45,480 nucleotides of DNA from Octopus bimaculoides (Eukaryota): assembly GCF_001194135.2 (NCBI RefSeq), contig NC_068985.1, positions 13,092,027 to 13,137,506 on the forward strand. The letters run 5' to 3'. A program made the translations under genes and the position numbers. The first letter of the stretch is position 1; every line of letters begins with the position of its first letter. Of this stretch, positions 24,070-36,495 are shown in pieces. The notes beneath the pieces are model-generated. The model searched no databases, was not told the origin of the DNA, and worked only from the letters and a program-made list of their open reading frames with translations.

Positions 24070-24475
24070 GGCGTAGGAGTGGCTGTGTGGTAAGTATCTT
24101 GCTTACGAACCACATGGTTCCAGGTTTAGTCCCACTGCGTGGCACCTTGGGTAAGTGTCTTCTACTATAGCCTCGGGCCGACCAAAGCCTTTTGAGTGGA
24201 ATTGGTAGACGGAAACTGAAAGAAGCTCGTCATATGTATATATATATGTATATATGTATGTGTGTCTTTGTTTGTCCCCCCAACATCGCTTGACAACCGA
24301 TGCTGGTGAGTTTACGTCCCAGTAACTTATCGGTTCGGCAAAAGGGACCGATAGAATAAGTAGTAGGCTTACAAAGAATAAGTCTTGGTGTCGATTTGCT
24401 CGACTAAAAGGTGGTGCTCCAGCATGGCCGCACTCAAATGACTGAAGCAAGTAAAAGAGTAAAAGAGTAAAGAGT
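24070..24475 (+). mobile_element. tRNA-derived SINE family A, full length
   Basis: GTAGGAGTGGCTGTGTGGTAAG head, GGTTTAGTCCC B-box, CCTTGGGTAAGTGTCTT, internal (TA/TG)n and (GTAAAAGA)n tail. Confidence 0.93.
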
Positions 24476-27116
24476 AATTCCTAAATTATTTAGCGCACCA
24501 GAAAATCTTTAATTCCCGATTATTTCTTTTGGCATCATGTGCAAATGAAACCTTGTTCTTGAAATCCTTCTGTGTAACATTCCTGGATTAAGTCTTCGTT
24601 AATTTCTATCGATAACACTTTGTATTTATTGCTAGATTCCATAGACTAAAAATTAATACTCATAAAATTCAACCATGCGGGTGTCTCTCTACACAATGTG
24701 TTAACTTGCTAGAAATAGCAACTAAATCTCCCTTATATTTTGCCCAAAGTTCGTAAAGATTCGTTAAATAATCAAATTTGGAATGAAAGTGTACCCCCAC
24801 CAAATGCAAGCGAAGCTGTTATATAATACAGCATCATCAATCAGATATCTGTTCAATTAGAGCTGACATATGGGACTACTCAACAGAAATCACAGCAACA
24901 GTAGCAGAAGTGTCAAAGTTTTCCAGCCAAAAGTTTACTAATATTTAGTCTTCTAATATTTGGCTAAGATTCAAATTTTGCATATCAAATGCTATTACAT
25001 CTTAAGCGCCATTAATTTTCCGTAATTCAATTTCGCATTTCAGCACCTTATGTCTTTAGAGATATAATATGTCTTAATAAAGATTTCGTCAATTTATATT
25101 AATCACTCGGATAAAGCCTCCATGGTTTTTGATGAGCTTTAGAGTGGATGATATCTATTTCTAATACATGTAGAATACATAAGTCAAATACAGAACGACC
25201 CACCCCAGCTGGTCGCCTTTCTTGCTAGAAATCATCGTCGATTTTACTCTTTCAAATTCACTGTTAGCATGTTAACCACGTACACATTGCATCATGTACA
25301 CGGAAGTAACATGTAATACGTGAAAAGGAAATCTATTGATGTGTTGAATGCTTGTAAAGCAGGAATTAATTAATTGGAGGCACATTAAGAACTGATAATT
25401 AAAATATATTTCCAGGTGTTTTATAATGTAATGTCATTATTGATGCAGGTCTTTAAAATACTGATTAGCTCATTAAGCGAAATAAGCAGTTTTAATTTTT
25501 AAGAAACAGATACCCTCAACAATTAAAATTTCTGCCTTGGTTACAACCTACAAACCGAAAATACAATAGCTCGAATAAATAATGGTTCGCGGAAGGAATA
25601 TTCTGTTTCTAGAAGGGACATTCCTGTACAAATGCTGATGTAGATGTAGAGTTTGATCATTAATCAATAATGCAAGAACTAAAAACTAATACCAGAAAGG
25701 TGTGATGGACATCACTTGGATTGGCAACTGGAAGTGTTTTGAAAAAGTGTCCTCCACACTTGGAAATAGAGCGCATTTCTGTAGACAGGTACAAAATAAA
25801 ACTGAAATATAAACGTAATCTATCCTCATTAGGAGATGAATTTTCGAAAAGGACGCCTCTTCAACACTTTTACCTTCCAAGTAATGAGTCTTGTCTCCAA
25901 CGGGCTAAATCACACAAGGCTCGGATGCAATAACTATAAGACCTCTATTTCGTATACAGTAATAATTCTTCTTCCAGCAGCTTTTCTCTGGAGATTTACT
26001 AAATGTACTGTTATAAAATTCAAATTAGAAAAATGCGCTAAACCAATGTTTAAGAACACTAATGATAGATAAAGTAACAGTCACGAGAGAATTAGATCAA
26101 ACAGATTTCCAAATACATAGCAATCAGTGATTTAGACAAAGTAGAAAAACAGGAAAAATAATGAAAAAGTTTGGAAAAACATTCTGGACGACTTAGATTG
26201 TTACTTAAAACACATAGATCTATATGTAAAAATAAGGTGTGGGGAATAGGCATCAATTCGCTAGCTGGCTGTACCTATGATAATATACAACGAATATTCT
26301 CAAACACTGTCTAAATGATGTAGCAAGACAGAAAAGAAAATAGATATCTATAGGTGACATTTAGTATATAAATATCCAAAATCTGACAGAGAAGTTTATT
26401 TCTAACAAGAACACAGGGAAATGAAGGTTTTACGCACATAAAAAATGATTATAAATTGAGGTCGCTTCCTGCAATTTTTATCTATTTCTACTCTGCTCAT
26501 TTACTGAAATTATTTTAATCAATGACGGCCTATGTCGAAAGCTAATGAACCAATCAGTTCAATACCATAATAGCTATTCCATCTTCACACCTTTGCGCTT
26601 TAACTTCTCATTGACAATAACAGATACAACAGTCTGATTGACAATATCAACATCGCCATTGGTATACAATACTGAACATCCACAGTTTAGCATCATACTC
26701 AAATACATTGCATTATTTTATAAATATATTATCTCAGCTGTTGTCCAGAATGCAATTTTAATTTATTATTTCAAATTTATAGTTCTGGGTGAATAAACCA
26801 AGATGTTTAGGGGTTTGATAATCGTAGTTTTATCTATGCTTATTGAAGTCTCTCATTTACATATAGTTGCTGATTCCCACTAGAATTAGAAGGCGTGTTC
26901 AGAATTGTTTAAATTAATTTGCTGAATCTCAATGGAGCTTGGAGGCGTGTACCGAATTTATAAAATGAAGAAGCGAGTTATATTTCATTTTCAAGAATGA
27001 CAATTCAATATTCGCTGCCATCCCTAAAGGCTAAATTTTCATTAGATGTTGCGCAAAGATAAGAGTGGATAGAGCATACATATCAATTTATAATACACAA
27101 TTATTTTATTTATTAA

Positions 27117-27190
27117 GCAGGGATGAAATGCTGGGTTAATTAAAACAGATTTGATGTTTGATTGGGGCAGGTTCGAATCCTACATGTGTG
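27117..27190 (+). pseudogene. Possible decayed tRNA-Ser(TGA)-like sequence or SINE head
   Basis: Begins GCAGGGATG, has TGGGTTAA, an ACAGA-TTTGATG-TTTG arm with TGA in the anticodon position, and GCAGG-TTCGAAT-CCTAC with a perfect B-box. The acceptor stem does not pair. Confidence 0.25.
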
Positions 27191-27699
27191 TAAGTCAATT
27201 TGTTCCTGTCTAATTACTTCTTCATCTAGATGTGTTTGATTAAATAAGCTGCAACATATATTTTGCTTAAATGTAGCCAAACAAACATGGCCTGTGTTCT
27301 TGATCCCAGACGCTGCAATAATTCCAAAACGAACTTTCGATGATGTTTAACTTCAAATTTTTTGATTGAGGGTTCAGAAAAAGAGAGAGATCAGGGGTTC
27401 CGGTTCTATAAAAGAAGATCTAATAAAAGTATTTAGAGTTCTGTTTTATGGTATAATGCGTAGGGATCAAAAAAAAAAGAGAAAAAATTACTGCATCGGG
27501 ATACCAGTCATGGGAAGAAGTAGTACGTAGTTGGCTTGTTCCGGGGAGCGTATATCAAGGTAAGAAATGAGATAAAATATATAATGCTTCACTCGGACGA
27601 TGTATAGTTTTGAAACAACAGCAAGGTGTCTTTTTATACAGTTTATGATTACTGGAGTATGTGTCATTGAAACCAAAACCAACGCATATGTGTTCGCAC

Positions 27700-28010
27700 C
27701 TGCGTTTCATCCGCAACTGGTCAAGTTTCGCGATTCTGAAGAGGACCTTTGACAAAGCATCGGTTTTAGTAGTTTTGATACTGTTGTCGACGTACAGTCA
27801 ATGTGAATGTCATAAAAAAAGAAACTGGAAGGCCTAACTTTTGACGTCTTACTGGAAATCATAGCAGTGCCTGTTCAAGCGTAGCGAAGATGTTTTGAAA
27901 GATTGTTACCTCGATGAATATAGCGATTGTATCTTTGTGTCGTTGAAGAAGAATAGATTGTTGTCTTTCCTTTTGGGATAAGATTTGAATGTCTTTATTC
28001 TATGAAAGAG
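27700..28010 (-). mobile_element. Possible second pogo/CENP-B-type HTH remnant
   Basis: Minus strand reads FATLEQALL*FPVRRQKLGLPVS, resembling the Tc5 HTH LE.AL..W...R...P+S; very decayed. Confidence 0.3.
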
Positions 28011-28756
28011 AACAAGTTTGCTTAAAGTGACCATTGTGTTTATGATTGAAACACGTATGTCGATCGTTATCGAAGAAAAACTGTTTTAAAGATCATGTTT
28101 GGAGGCTTAGAAATAATGTGACCATCTGGTATACGGAAAATTGATGTGATTGATTGGTTGGAATAAGACGGATAGCAAATAAATGCATATATCCGCTTCA
28201 GTGATATTCATGTGGCCTAAGATCCAGTGGAATTCTGCACTGAATAATTCAATTTGACGAATAGTAATATACGTGAGTTAGTTTTGATCGCTTCGTTGTA
28301 GAAGTAGAATAAACCAGCTCCTGAAACGCCAGTGTTGTTGGAACATCTATGTATGATTCTTGACATCATTCTGCTGCTCAATTACATTTACATTTGAATA
28401 AGCAAGGTATTGATGAAACACAAACCAGGATTGAGTATGTTAATAAAGAAACAGACGATAAACGAATAAAAGTATCGTATAGATAGAACGAAATATTTTA
28501 CGATAAAGTATATTGTAAACGAAAAATGTGGATGGCCAAATTATCATTGAATCTGAACAACTCAACGAGTATTCGGCCGTTCATTTCTCGTTATTGAGTA
28601 TAATTTTCCAATATCAAAGGACATCATACATGAGTAATCCAATCACTTATATGCTCTAATTCTCCTGAAAGAAGTCGGTGTTTGTACAACTGATTCGGAA
28701 AAAGTCGTAGTTCCAAAGATGAGCTCAGCTCTTTTAATGGGCATCGCACTGCAGAA

Positions 28757-28912
28757 TATTCTTTTCTACTCAAGCACAAAGCCCGATCGACCGCAGTACG
28801 CAACTGGTACTTAATTTATCGACTCCAAAATGATGAAAGGCAAAGTCGATCTAGGCGGAATTTGAACTCAGAACATAAAGCATTTTGCCCAGTTTGTGCC
28901 CAGTTTGTTGAA
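28757..28912 (-). mobile_element. SINE family B, internally deleted, inverted
   Basis: CTGGTACTTAATTTATCGAC...GATGAAAGGCAAAGTCGA...GGCGGAATTTGAACTCAGAAC. Confidence 0.85.
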
Positions 28913-29018
28913 AGGAATCTAACCGTTTTTGTGTTTTTTTTTAATGGCTGCGATTGTTTCTGTTTCAGCACATTATCTCAGATCAGGTCACTTGCTATGC
29001 AAGAACATCTCTGTAATA

Positions 29019-29106
29019 ATTTTAATATATCGAATGGTTATGGGGGTCCACCAGAATAAAATAATAATCCAAGGGGTCCATGGATAAAAAAAATGGTCGA
29101 GAAACT
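29019..29106. mobile_element. Third partial copy of the 16.4-kb MITE
   Basis: TCGAATGGTTATGGGGGTCCACCAGAATAAAATA...AAGGGGTCCATGGATAAAAAAATGGTCGAGAA matches 16525-16598. Confidence 0.8.
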
Positions 29107-29629
29107 TTACACCTGTCTATATCTAAAAATCGTGATATGCTCGCTTACGCTTAATAATGCTATTATTGATATCTATGTTATATAAAGTCTATGTCTAGGT
29201 CTTGGAGGTACATATTTATCACTAATTCATGGTAAATAGATCTATTGTATAGTTCCTTTAGTTCTAACTAAACAACTATACACATATTCCAGTTATTATG
29301 GAATTATATAATTTATGTAAACAACAATAAAAACATACATGTGATTATAATACAACATTATAATTAGATTTTTGAGTAAACAGCGAACTGATATAACTAA
29401 ATAACTATACTATAAAATTATGAAATCACATGATCTAGATAAACAACAATGTAATAATACCAGTAAAGATAATGCAAAAAACTATAATTATATTATTGAG
29501 CAAAGGATTAATACAACATTAAATATCACGTATTCTATATAAATTCCAGAAACGAGCTTTTAAATCTATGGTTATATGATGAAAAATTTAAGTGCTTGTT
29601 GATGATTTTACCATTGTACAATATTATTC

Positions 29630-30390
29630 TAGAGTCTTTACAGACAAAGGTTGCATGCTTTTTGTGAGTGCATATTGCACCTTTTTCTCTTTGAGGTCTC
29701 ATATAAGGTCCGCCAAGGATGTGAATTTCCTTTTGCAGTTGTTCCTAAACGATGCCGCATGATTCTCCGAGCGACACTTGACGTTGTCGATCGTTGCTAC
29801 TATATATGAATACACGTGTGCGCGTACACTTACAGTACATTTCTATATATATTTTCTACATAAGCACCCGTTTGCTTTCTTATCTCTACAATTGCAGCTC
29901 TTATATCACTATTTGCAATCAGGTTATTCCTTGTCGTCTTTGGTTTCATATCTGTTTTTTTTTCTTTGTGAGATTCCAGTGAATGTTACTATGCTTATTG
30001 GTCGAATAACTGTCATTCTCATTGTTATTATTGTTAGTGTTTTCATCAGCCCCTTTGTTACTCATAATACCAATGGTAAAGTTGATATTTCCATTTACAT
30101 TACGTTCAATTGGAATGCCATTATTGTCCCTTACGATGCTATGGTTTTCTCTGTTTTCTGGACCTACACTATTGCGGACGAACCTTTGCTAATGCTAGAT
30201 GCAGCTTCCTATTGCTATGTTTATGAATATAGCATTCGATATTATTTGACGTTACATAGGCATTTCACCAGATACCAATTAAAAATTTCATAGGGTCTAC
30301 TAAATTTAGGGAAATGTCTATCTAAAGCTGAGAAAAATTCACGAGCAATTTTAGATGCTACATGTGATTCGGACATTGGATTAAACTATA
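29630..30390 (-). mobile_element. Penelope-like element (PLE) remnant: RT C-terminal region, Asn-rich linker and GIY-YIG endonuclease
   Basis: Minus strand reads FNPMSESHVASKIAREFFSALDRHFPKFSRPYEIFN, then an Asn-rich linker, KSCNCRDK, and I*KCTVSVRAHVYSYIVATIDNVKCRSENHAASFRNNCKRKFTSLADLI*DLKEKKVQY. This matches PLE motifs (WFNPP, LLDKHFP, CNCR, IYKCTV, YIG, NH.SF, IW.LK). Confidence 0.8.
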
Positions 30391-30524
30391 AGATGCGACC
30401 TTCATTAGAATTATAATTAGCTTTAGTTTAATTGTTTGCGTGCTTTGTAGTATTATGCATTTTGTAATTACAGAAGGCCTTTTACACACACACACACACA
30501 CACACACATACATACATACATACA

Positions 30525-30555
<31 letters not shown>

Positions 30556-31264
30556 GTACATGCATACATACACACGCACACATATATTGTTGTGGAAGGG
30601 TTCCGACAACCCTCTCAAGTGACTAAATGGTGGAGTGCCTCATTATTATAAAGTAAAGAACCGTGAGCGCTTCAGTTGGAGTTGGTAAGCAGTTCACTGT
30701 GAGCCTTTGGTATAGAGGGTTGTGTCTTGTGTAATGGTAATATCTGTGCGTCGTGCATATACTTTCTTTCCGCCTGGTTCTTTATACTATATGCCAAACA
30801 TACAAGGATATAAAAGTGGCGAGTTGTTCGAAGCTTGCGTTGGATGTTTAAAAGTATATACTGGAGGAAACTACAAATAGGTGGAACCCAACAAGTCACT
30901 AAAATGAACTTCATTCCATTTTTCTTTCTCTTTTCCTTTCATTTCCCTCCAAAATCATTCTGAAGATGTTTGTTAAATGTAACGAGGTAAATGTAAATTT
31001 ACTCCAATTTGATATACTGAAACGGCTGTAAATGGTTCCGAACTGCAATTAAATAATGAATTTTTAATACCAATGATCAACTTCTCATTGTTAATTATTG
31101 CTCCATTTCTTTCTTTTCTATATATATTAAAACGCGGTTTTACCTTTAAATTACCTACTACTGTACAGCTTATAGCAACGACTATACATAGTGGGATAAT
31201 ACTCCAAGAGTGCCTACGGATACATCTATCCATTAGGTGGTTGCATAACCTCTAACATATTTTG

Positions 31265-31306
<42 letters not shown>

Positions 31307-31815
31307 NNNNNNNNNNNNNNNNNNNNNNNNNNNNNNNNNNNNNNNNNNNNNNNNNNNNNNNNNNNNNNNNNNNNNNNNNNNNNNNNNNNNNNNNNNNNNN
31401 NNNNNNNNNNNNNNNNNNNNNNNNNNNNNNNNNNNNNNNNNNNNNNNNNNNNNNNNNNNNNNNNNNNNNNNNNNNNNNNNNNNNNNNNNNNNNNNNNNNN
31501 NNNNNNNNNNNNNNNNNNNNNNNNNNNNNNNNNNNNNNNNNNNNNNNNNNNNNNNNNNNNNNNNNNNNNNNNNNNNNNNNNNNNNNNNNNNNNNNNNNNN
31601 NNNNNNNNNNNNNNNNNNNNNNNNNNNNNNNNNNNNNNNNNNNNNNNNNNNNNNNNNNNNNNNNNNNNNNNNNNNNNNNNNNNNNNNNNNNNNNNNNNNN
31701 NNNNNNNNNNNNNNNNNNNNNNNNNNNNNNNNNNNNNNNNNNNNNNNNATATATATATATATATATATACATACATATGCATGTATATGTATTTATGCAT
31801 GCATATATACAGATA

Positions 31816-31858
<43 letters not shown>

Positions 31859-31879
31859 CCTAACAGCATTAGAACATGA

Positions 31880-32330
31880 TTATTATACCTATGGATATGT
31901 CCAGATAACATTATAAGGATGAAAATAGGCTATACATAGATAAACTGATGGTTTAGAAAGTGTTTGAAAAGAAGCCATGCAGCAGATAACAAAATACCAC
32001 ATATTCCAATGGTAATTGAATTGCAAATCATATTTAAGTAAACGAAGGTGGCTAAGAGACGAGAATAATTAAAGTTAAACTTGCTAAAACAGACAGACTC
32101 CAATAACAAATACAATATGGATATATACAATGGAAGAAAATGGAAGACAATTAAAACACACATTTAGAAACCAGTAAAAGAAACGCTTCCTGAAAGAACA
32201 GATAATGAATGACTGATGAAATTCTATTTAAAATGGACGAAATATGTACAAAGCTGATGATGGGCGAGATATAGTTCCCCATATTTAAGTGATACGTTCT
32301 GAATGAACAAATGCTACTTTCTAATGACTC
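31880..32330 (+). mobile_element. Degenerate RTE-type LINE fragment (end of APE and linker)
   Basis: Reads LYLWICPDNIIRMKIGY, WFRKCLK, HAADNKIPHIPMVIELQIIFK and MTDEILLK (compare YTW.SP, RNQIDY, GAD..SDH, WMTDEIL). Confidence 0.6.
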
Positions 32331-32569
32331 GAAGAATAATGTCAAATAAAGGAAAAAGCAACATAAATTGAAAGAAAATGTATAGGATCGTAAACAGTAA
32401 ACGTGTTAGTAAAGAAGTAAATAGCATTAAAGACAAAATTTTCAATATACCGCTTGAATATATGTGAATTTCATCTCGATAAGTAGAATAGACGAGAGAA
32501 CAGACAAACTATCGTAATTTCGAAACTAATGATAAAAGAGAAGCTTAAGAGAAATTGAAATTGCAATAA

Positions 32570-32893
32570 TAAGTCCTAGAAAGGCTGTGTGCTGTTGTCC
32601 AATGGGCGGAAAAGAACAATATGCTTCTAAATGAAGATAAGTTTAATTTGATCCACTTCGGAAAAGAAGATACTCTCAAACTACCATATACCTTTCCTTC
32701 GAGCGACTCTCTAGTGTCATCCAGCAATACTAGAGGCCTTGGAGTAATTATTAATAACAATCTATTCTAAGCTGAAGTTCCCACGTAAACAGTAAGGTTG
32801 ACTTGGCCCGCAAGATGTGCTCCTTGCTTCTGAGAACTTTCCGGTCTAGAGATGCCCACACCATCATCATTCTCTACCCTACTTTTGCCAGAC
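32570..32893 (+). mobile_element. CR1/L2-group LINE RT C-terminal fragment
   Basis: Reads QWAEKNNMLLNEDKFNLIHFGK, RGLGVIINNNL and LARKMCSLLLRTFRSRDAHTIIILYPTFARP, ending at a poly-C run and gap. Confidence 0.8.
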
Positions 32894-33616
32894 CCCCCCC
32901 CCCCNNNNNNNNNNNNNNNNNNNNNNNNNNNNNNNNNNNNNNNNNNNNNNNNNNNNNNNNNNNNNNNNNNNNNNNNNNNNNNNNNNNNNNNNNNNNNNNN
33001 NNNNNNNNNNNNNNNNNNNNNNNNNNNNNNNNNNNNNNNNNNNNNNNNNNNNNNNNNNNNNNNNNNNNNNNNNNNNNNNNNNNNNNNNNNNNNNNNNNNN
33101 NNNNNNNNNNNNNNNNNNNNNNNNNNNNNNNNNNNNNNNNNNNNNNNNNNNNNNNNNNNNNNNNNNNNNNNNNNNNNNNNNNNNNNNNNNNNNNNNNNNN
33201 NNNNNNNNNNNNNNNNNNNNNNNNNNNNNNNNNNNNNNNNNNNNNNNNNNNNNNNNNNNNNNNNNNNNNNNNNNNNNNNNNNNNNNNNNNNNNNNNNNNN
33301 NNNNNNNNNNNNNNNNNNNNNNNNNNNNNNNNNNNNNNNNNNNNNNNNNNNNNNNNNNNNNNNNNNNNNNNNNNNNNNNNNNNNNNNNNNNNNNNNNNNN
33401 NNNNNNNNNNNNNNNNNNNNNNNNNNNNNNNNNNNNNNNNNNNNNNNNNNNNNNNNNNNNNNNNNNNNNNNNNNNNNNNNNNNNNNNNNNNNNNNNNNNN
33501 NNNNNNNNNNNNNNNNNNNNNNNNNNNNNNNNNNNNNNNNNNNNNNNNNNNNNNNNNNNNNNNNNNNNNNNNNNNNNNNNNNNNNNNNNNNNNNNNNNNN
33601 NNNNNTATATATATAT

Positions 33617-33790
33617 AGGGAGAATTCACAAAGAAAAGAACAGACGAAGACAGGTGGTGTAGAAAACAAATCGATGTATTAGTATAACGCTCAGGAATTG
33701 AAAAAGTCTTTAACGTTTAGTGCCTACACCCTTCTATGGAAAGGAACACATAAAGAAACAAGGAGACAGAAATTGTTTGAAGGCAACAGA
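33617..33790. mobile_element. Interspersed repeat, probably a PLE terminal-repeat (pLTR) fragment
   Basis: Homologous to 38335-38425 (GACAGGTG...ATGTATTAGT...ACGCTC). Both copies start at (TA)n. A decayed hammerhead-like layout is present on the minus strand. Confidence 0.45.
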
Positions 33791-35100
33791 TGCAAGAAAT
33801 GCCTTAGGTACACATAGATGACTTTAATGATGATATTTCACTTAAAGAATTAATGTAAAGTACAAGCGGTGCGGTTTACATTTATGCCACAAACGCTGAT
33901 AAAATTAACGGTGTTATTGAAGTGACACAACGATAAAATACGTGTAAGTGACATTACTCATTGCTATGCTTATAGGAAGTTTAACTTGTACGAAGCAAAC
34001 TTTTTCACCTGCTTCGAGCTGTATATAAAAATGTGATTTTATATGCTGCCGTTACTAATAAGCTAAGGTAATAATTCATATAGACTACAGGTGAATTTCA
34101 TGTCACAAAAATCTATTTACAGATTATTCACAGGGTGTCTTAATCATGTTTTCTATGTTTATTATTATCTTAGCAAGATAATTAATAATGAAAAGCAGCT
34201 GGAAAAGAGCGGTCCTGGAATTATAAAGAAGATTTTGATTATTTAACAAATAATTTGAAAATGAGGAACCAGAATTTTTTTTTTACCCTACCAGCTTAAT
34301 AGTTCAATCATCACTCACGATTTTCAGGCGAGTTCATATTGGGAGAAAGGTGGTCTGGTCTCTAGCATTTACAACGGATGATTAGCGAGTAACAGATTTG
34401 CTGTTGTACTAAGGAACTAATTATGGTAAAAGGACTATGAAAGATCTGACGTGGCCGTCCTGCATTATATTCGGACATAGCGTATTAGAGCATGTGTTAT
34501 CATTATCGCTTATGCATCTTTAAAGACAGTATGGTGTGATTAGCGAAAACTCTTTTTTCCTTCTAAAAGTTTCAAGATCGTCAAAATTTGCGCCAAAATT
34601 TGAAACCATTATTATTAGAGAAATATCATTTAACTATATTCCATTTTATTTTAAAGTAATAGATTTCTTCTGTAATTTCTTTGTAAATTCCGATGAAGGT
34701 GTAAACAATTAAGTTACATTCGCTTTTCCAAAAAGTATGCTTGCACATATGAAATCATAGTTTGCAAAATTAATTGTGAGACAAATATACATTTCATTTC
34801 TGCTTGGAGTTAGACTAGTAAATAACATTCTTAGCTAAGCAATTAGAATTAAAATGTTTTGCTGTTATTTTATAAGTACAATATGAGCAGTAATGCTGTT
34901 TTTTTGTGCGTAATTGACCTATGTTAGAAGCAACAATGTCACATGTGAAATTATGAGTAATACACCAGGATAAATTATTCGTAGTATAGAGACTTGAGAA
35001 ATGATTTCGGAGAAATATATTTTTGCGAGAGGACTTGCAAATTCTTAATTTAAAGAAACGATTAAACCAACCTATTTTGGTTTCAGTTTTTTCTCTCTAG

Positions 35101-35157
35101 CATTAGCGTCAATCTATGTGGAAATGTATTGTACTTCGTCCGTTGAAGAACATTTTG
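35101..35157 (+). CDS. Candidate coding exon (57 nt, phase 1-1): xLASIYVEMYCTSSVEEHF
   Basis: Acceptor TTTTGGTTTCAGTTTTTTCTCTCTAG and donor TTG|GTAAGA. Only one of three frames is open. Confidence 0.45.
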
Positions 35158-35743
35158 GTAAGACCGCATTGTGAAGTTTTGAGCGTTGTTTCGATCACAG
35201 AAATATCAAATAATCTACGGAATAATCTGCCTGTTCGTTCGCCCGTTATACATTAGTTAGTTAGAGAGGTGCAGTGAAGAGTGAGGAGAGGAAGAAAGAG
35301 AGAAAGGGGATTACTATTAGTACACGTAGGTCAAATGATCACATGGTCAGCTGAAGGCAGATGCAAAAAAAAATGAGAGGAAAAGATGACGAGAGAAAAA
35401 GTGGAAGAGACGTGTTAATGACGTGCAGGGGGTTGCGGAAGTCATTACATGGTTAAGAAATTAGCTGAAGGGAAAAGTGGATAGAAACAGAGGGACAGGG
35501 GAGGCAGTTATATTGCGAGAGGGGAAGGCAAATAGCGGTGGTGTGTTGATAATGAAAAGTACTTTTTTATTTATAGAATTGATTATTTTATAGCGAATAT
35601 CGCATACGCATAAGTGCAATTATTTATCGTTTGCTTGCTTAAAAACTAGATGATTGTTTATATGAGTTCATTTAGGCTAAAATCTGGATTTCCAAGAAAC
35701 ACAGTTGCAAACTGCTCGAGAAAAGATGTACAGATATAGAGCT

Positions 35744-36125
35744 CGTAGGAGTGGCTCTGTGGTAAGTAGCTTGCTTACCAACCACATGGTTCCGGGTTCA
35801 GTCCCACTGCGTGGCACCTTGGGCAAGTGTCTTCTACTATAGCCTCGGGCCTTGTGAGTGGATCTGGTAGACGGAAACTGAAGGAAGCCCGTCGTATATA
35901 TCTATGTGTGTGTATATGTTTGTGTGTCTGTGTTTGCCCCTCCAACATCGCTTGACAACTGATCTGGTGTGTTTACGCCCCCGTAACTTAGCGGTTCAGC
36001 TAAATAGACCGATAAAATAAGTCCTGGGCTTACAAAGAATAAGTCCTGGGGTCGATTAGCTCGACTAAAAGGTGGTGCTCCAGCATGGCCACAGTCAAAT
36101 GACTGAAACAAGTAAAGGAGTAAAG
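35744..36125 (+). mobile_element. SINE family A, near full length
   Basis: Same architecture as 24070-24475, with a short deletion after GCCTCGGGCC. Confidence 0.93.
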
Positions 36126-36495
36126 TGCACGGTTCATAGAGGAAGACTGAAAAGATATGAAATGACACCACCAAGGTGTCATGAGGCAATGTATGCAGAC
36201 GAACGTCAAGAAGATTTAATTAAAGAAAGCTAAACAATGAATGTTATAAAAACGCAAATCATCTTCTCTTTCTTAAATAGGTCCTCTCAATTTTTTCCAG
36301 TCCGTGGAATTTCCAAGGTTCCTATTAGTTTCAAATTAATGAATTTAGAATCCAAGTCGGATGTTTATGTATGTGTAGGGGTAACTGGGCATTAAAAAAG
36401 CTGAAGGTAGCATCAAGAAAACGGAAGAGAGAAGTGTTTATTCAATATTTGTCAATAATTTATATTCTTTAACATAATTGTTATTCTTTTCTTAG

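Noticed and set aside
25693-25778. Minus-strand exon candidate with a good acceptor (similar ones at 9875-9928 minus, and 12709, 13306, 15045, 26611, 37904 plus)
   Set aside because: Such candidates appear on both strands with weak donors or several open frames, which shows the false-positive rate of eyeball exon calling; they are not supportable.
27555-27755. CEHIC EGF-like word in a minus ORF, and a 15-nt + strand microexon at 27642
   Set aside because: The remaining EGF cysteine spacing is absent, and the region lies next to a probable transposase remnant.
30690-30880. Cys-rich words (GCVLCNGNICASC) and a 54-codon open frame
   Set aside because: They are in different frames, bounded by stops, with no coherent splice pair or recognisable domain.
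32893-32904. Poly-C run
   Set aside because: It sits at a contig end beside a gap, so it is probably a read-end artefact.
33820-33945. Integrin FG-GAP-like words (DDFNDD...GAVYIY)
   Set aside because: There are in-frame stops on both sides, no GAP motif and no consistent splice sites; likely chance.
35230-35560. Purine-rich stretch with E-box, CRE and ETS-like words
   Set aside because: Short motifs are expected by chance, and there is no independent evidence of a regulatory element.
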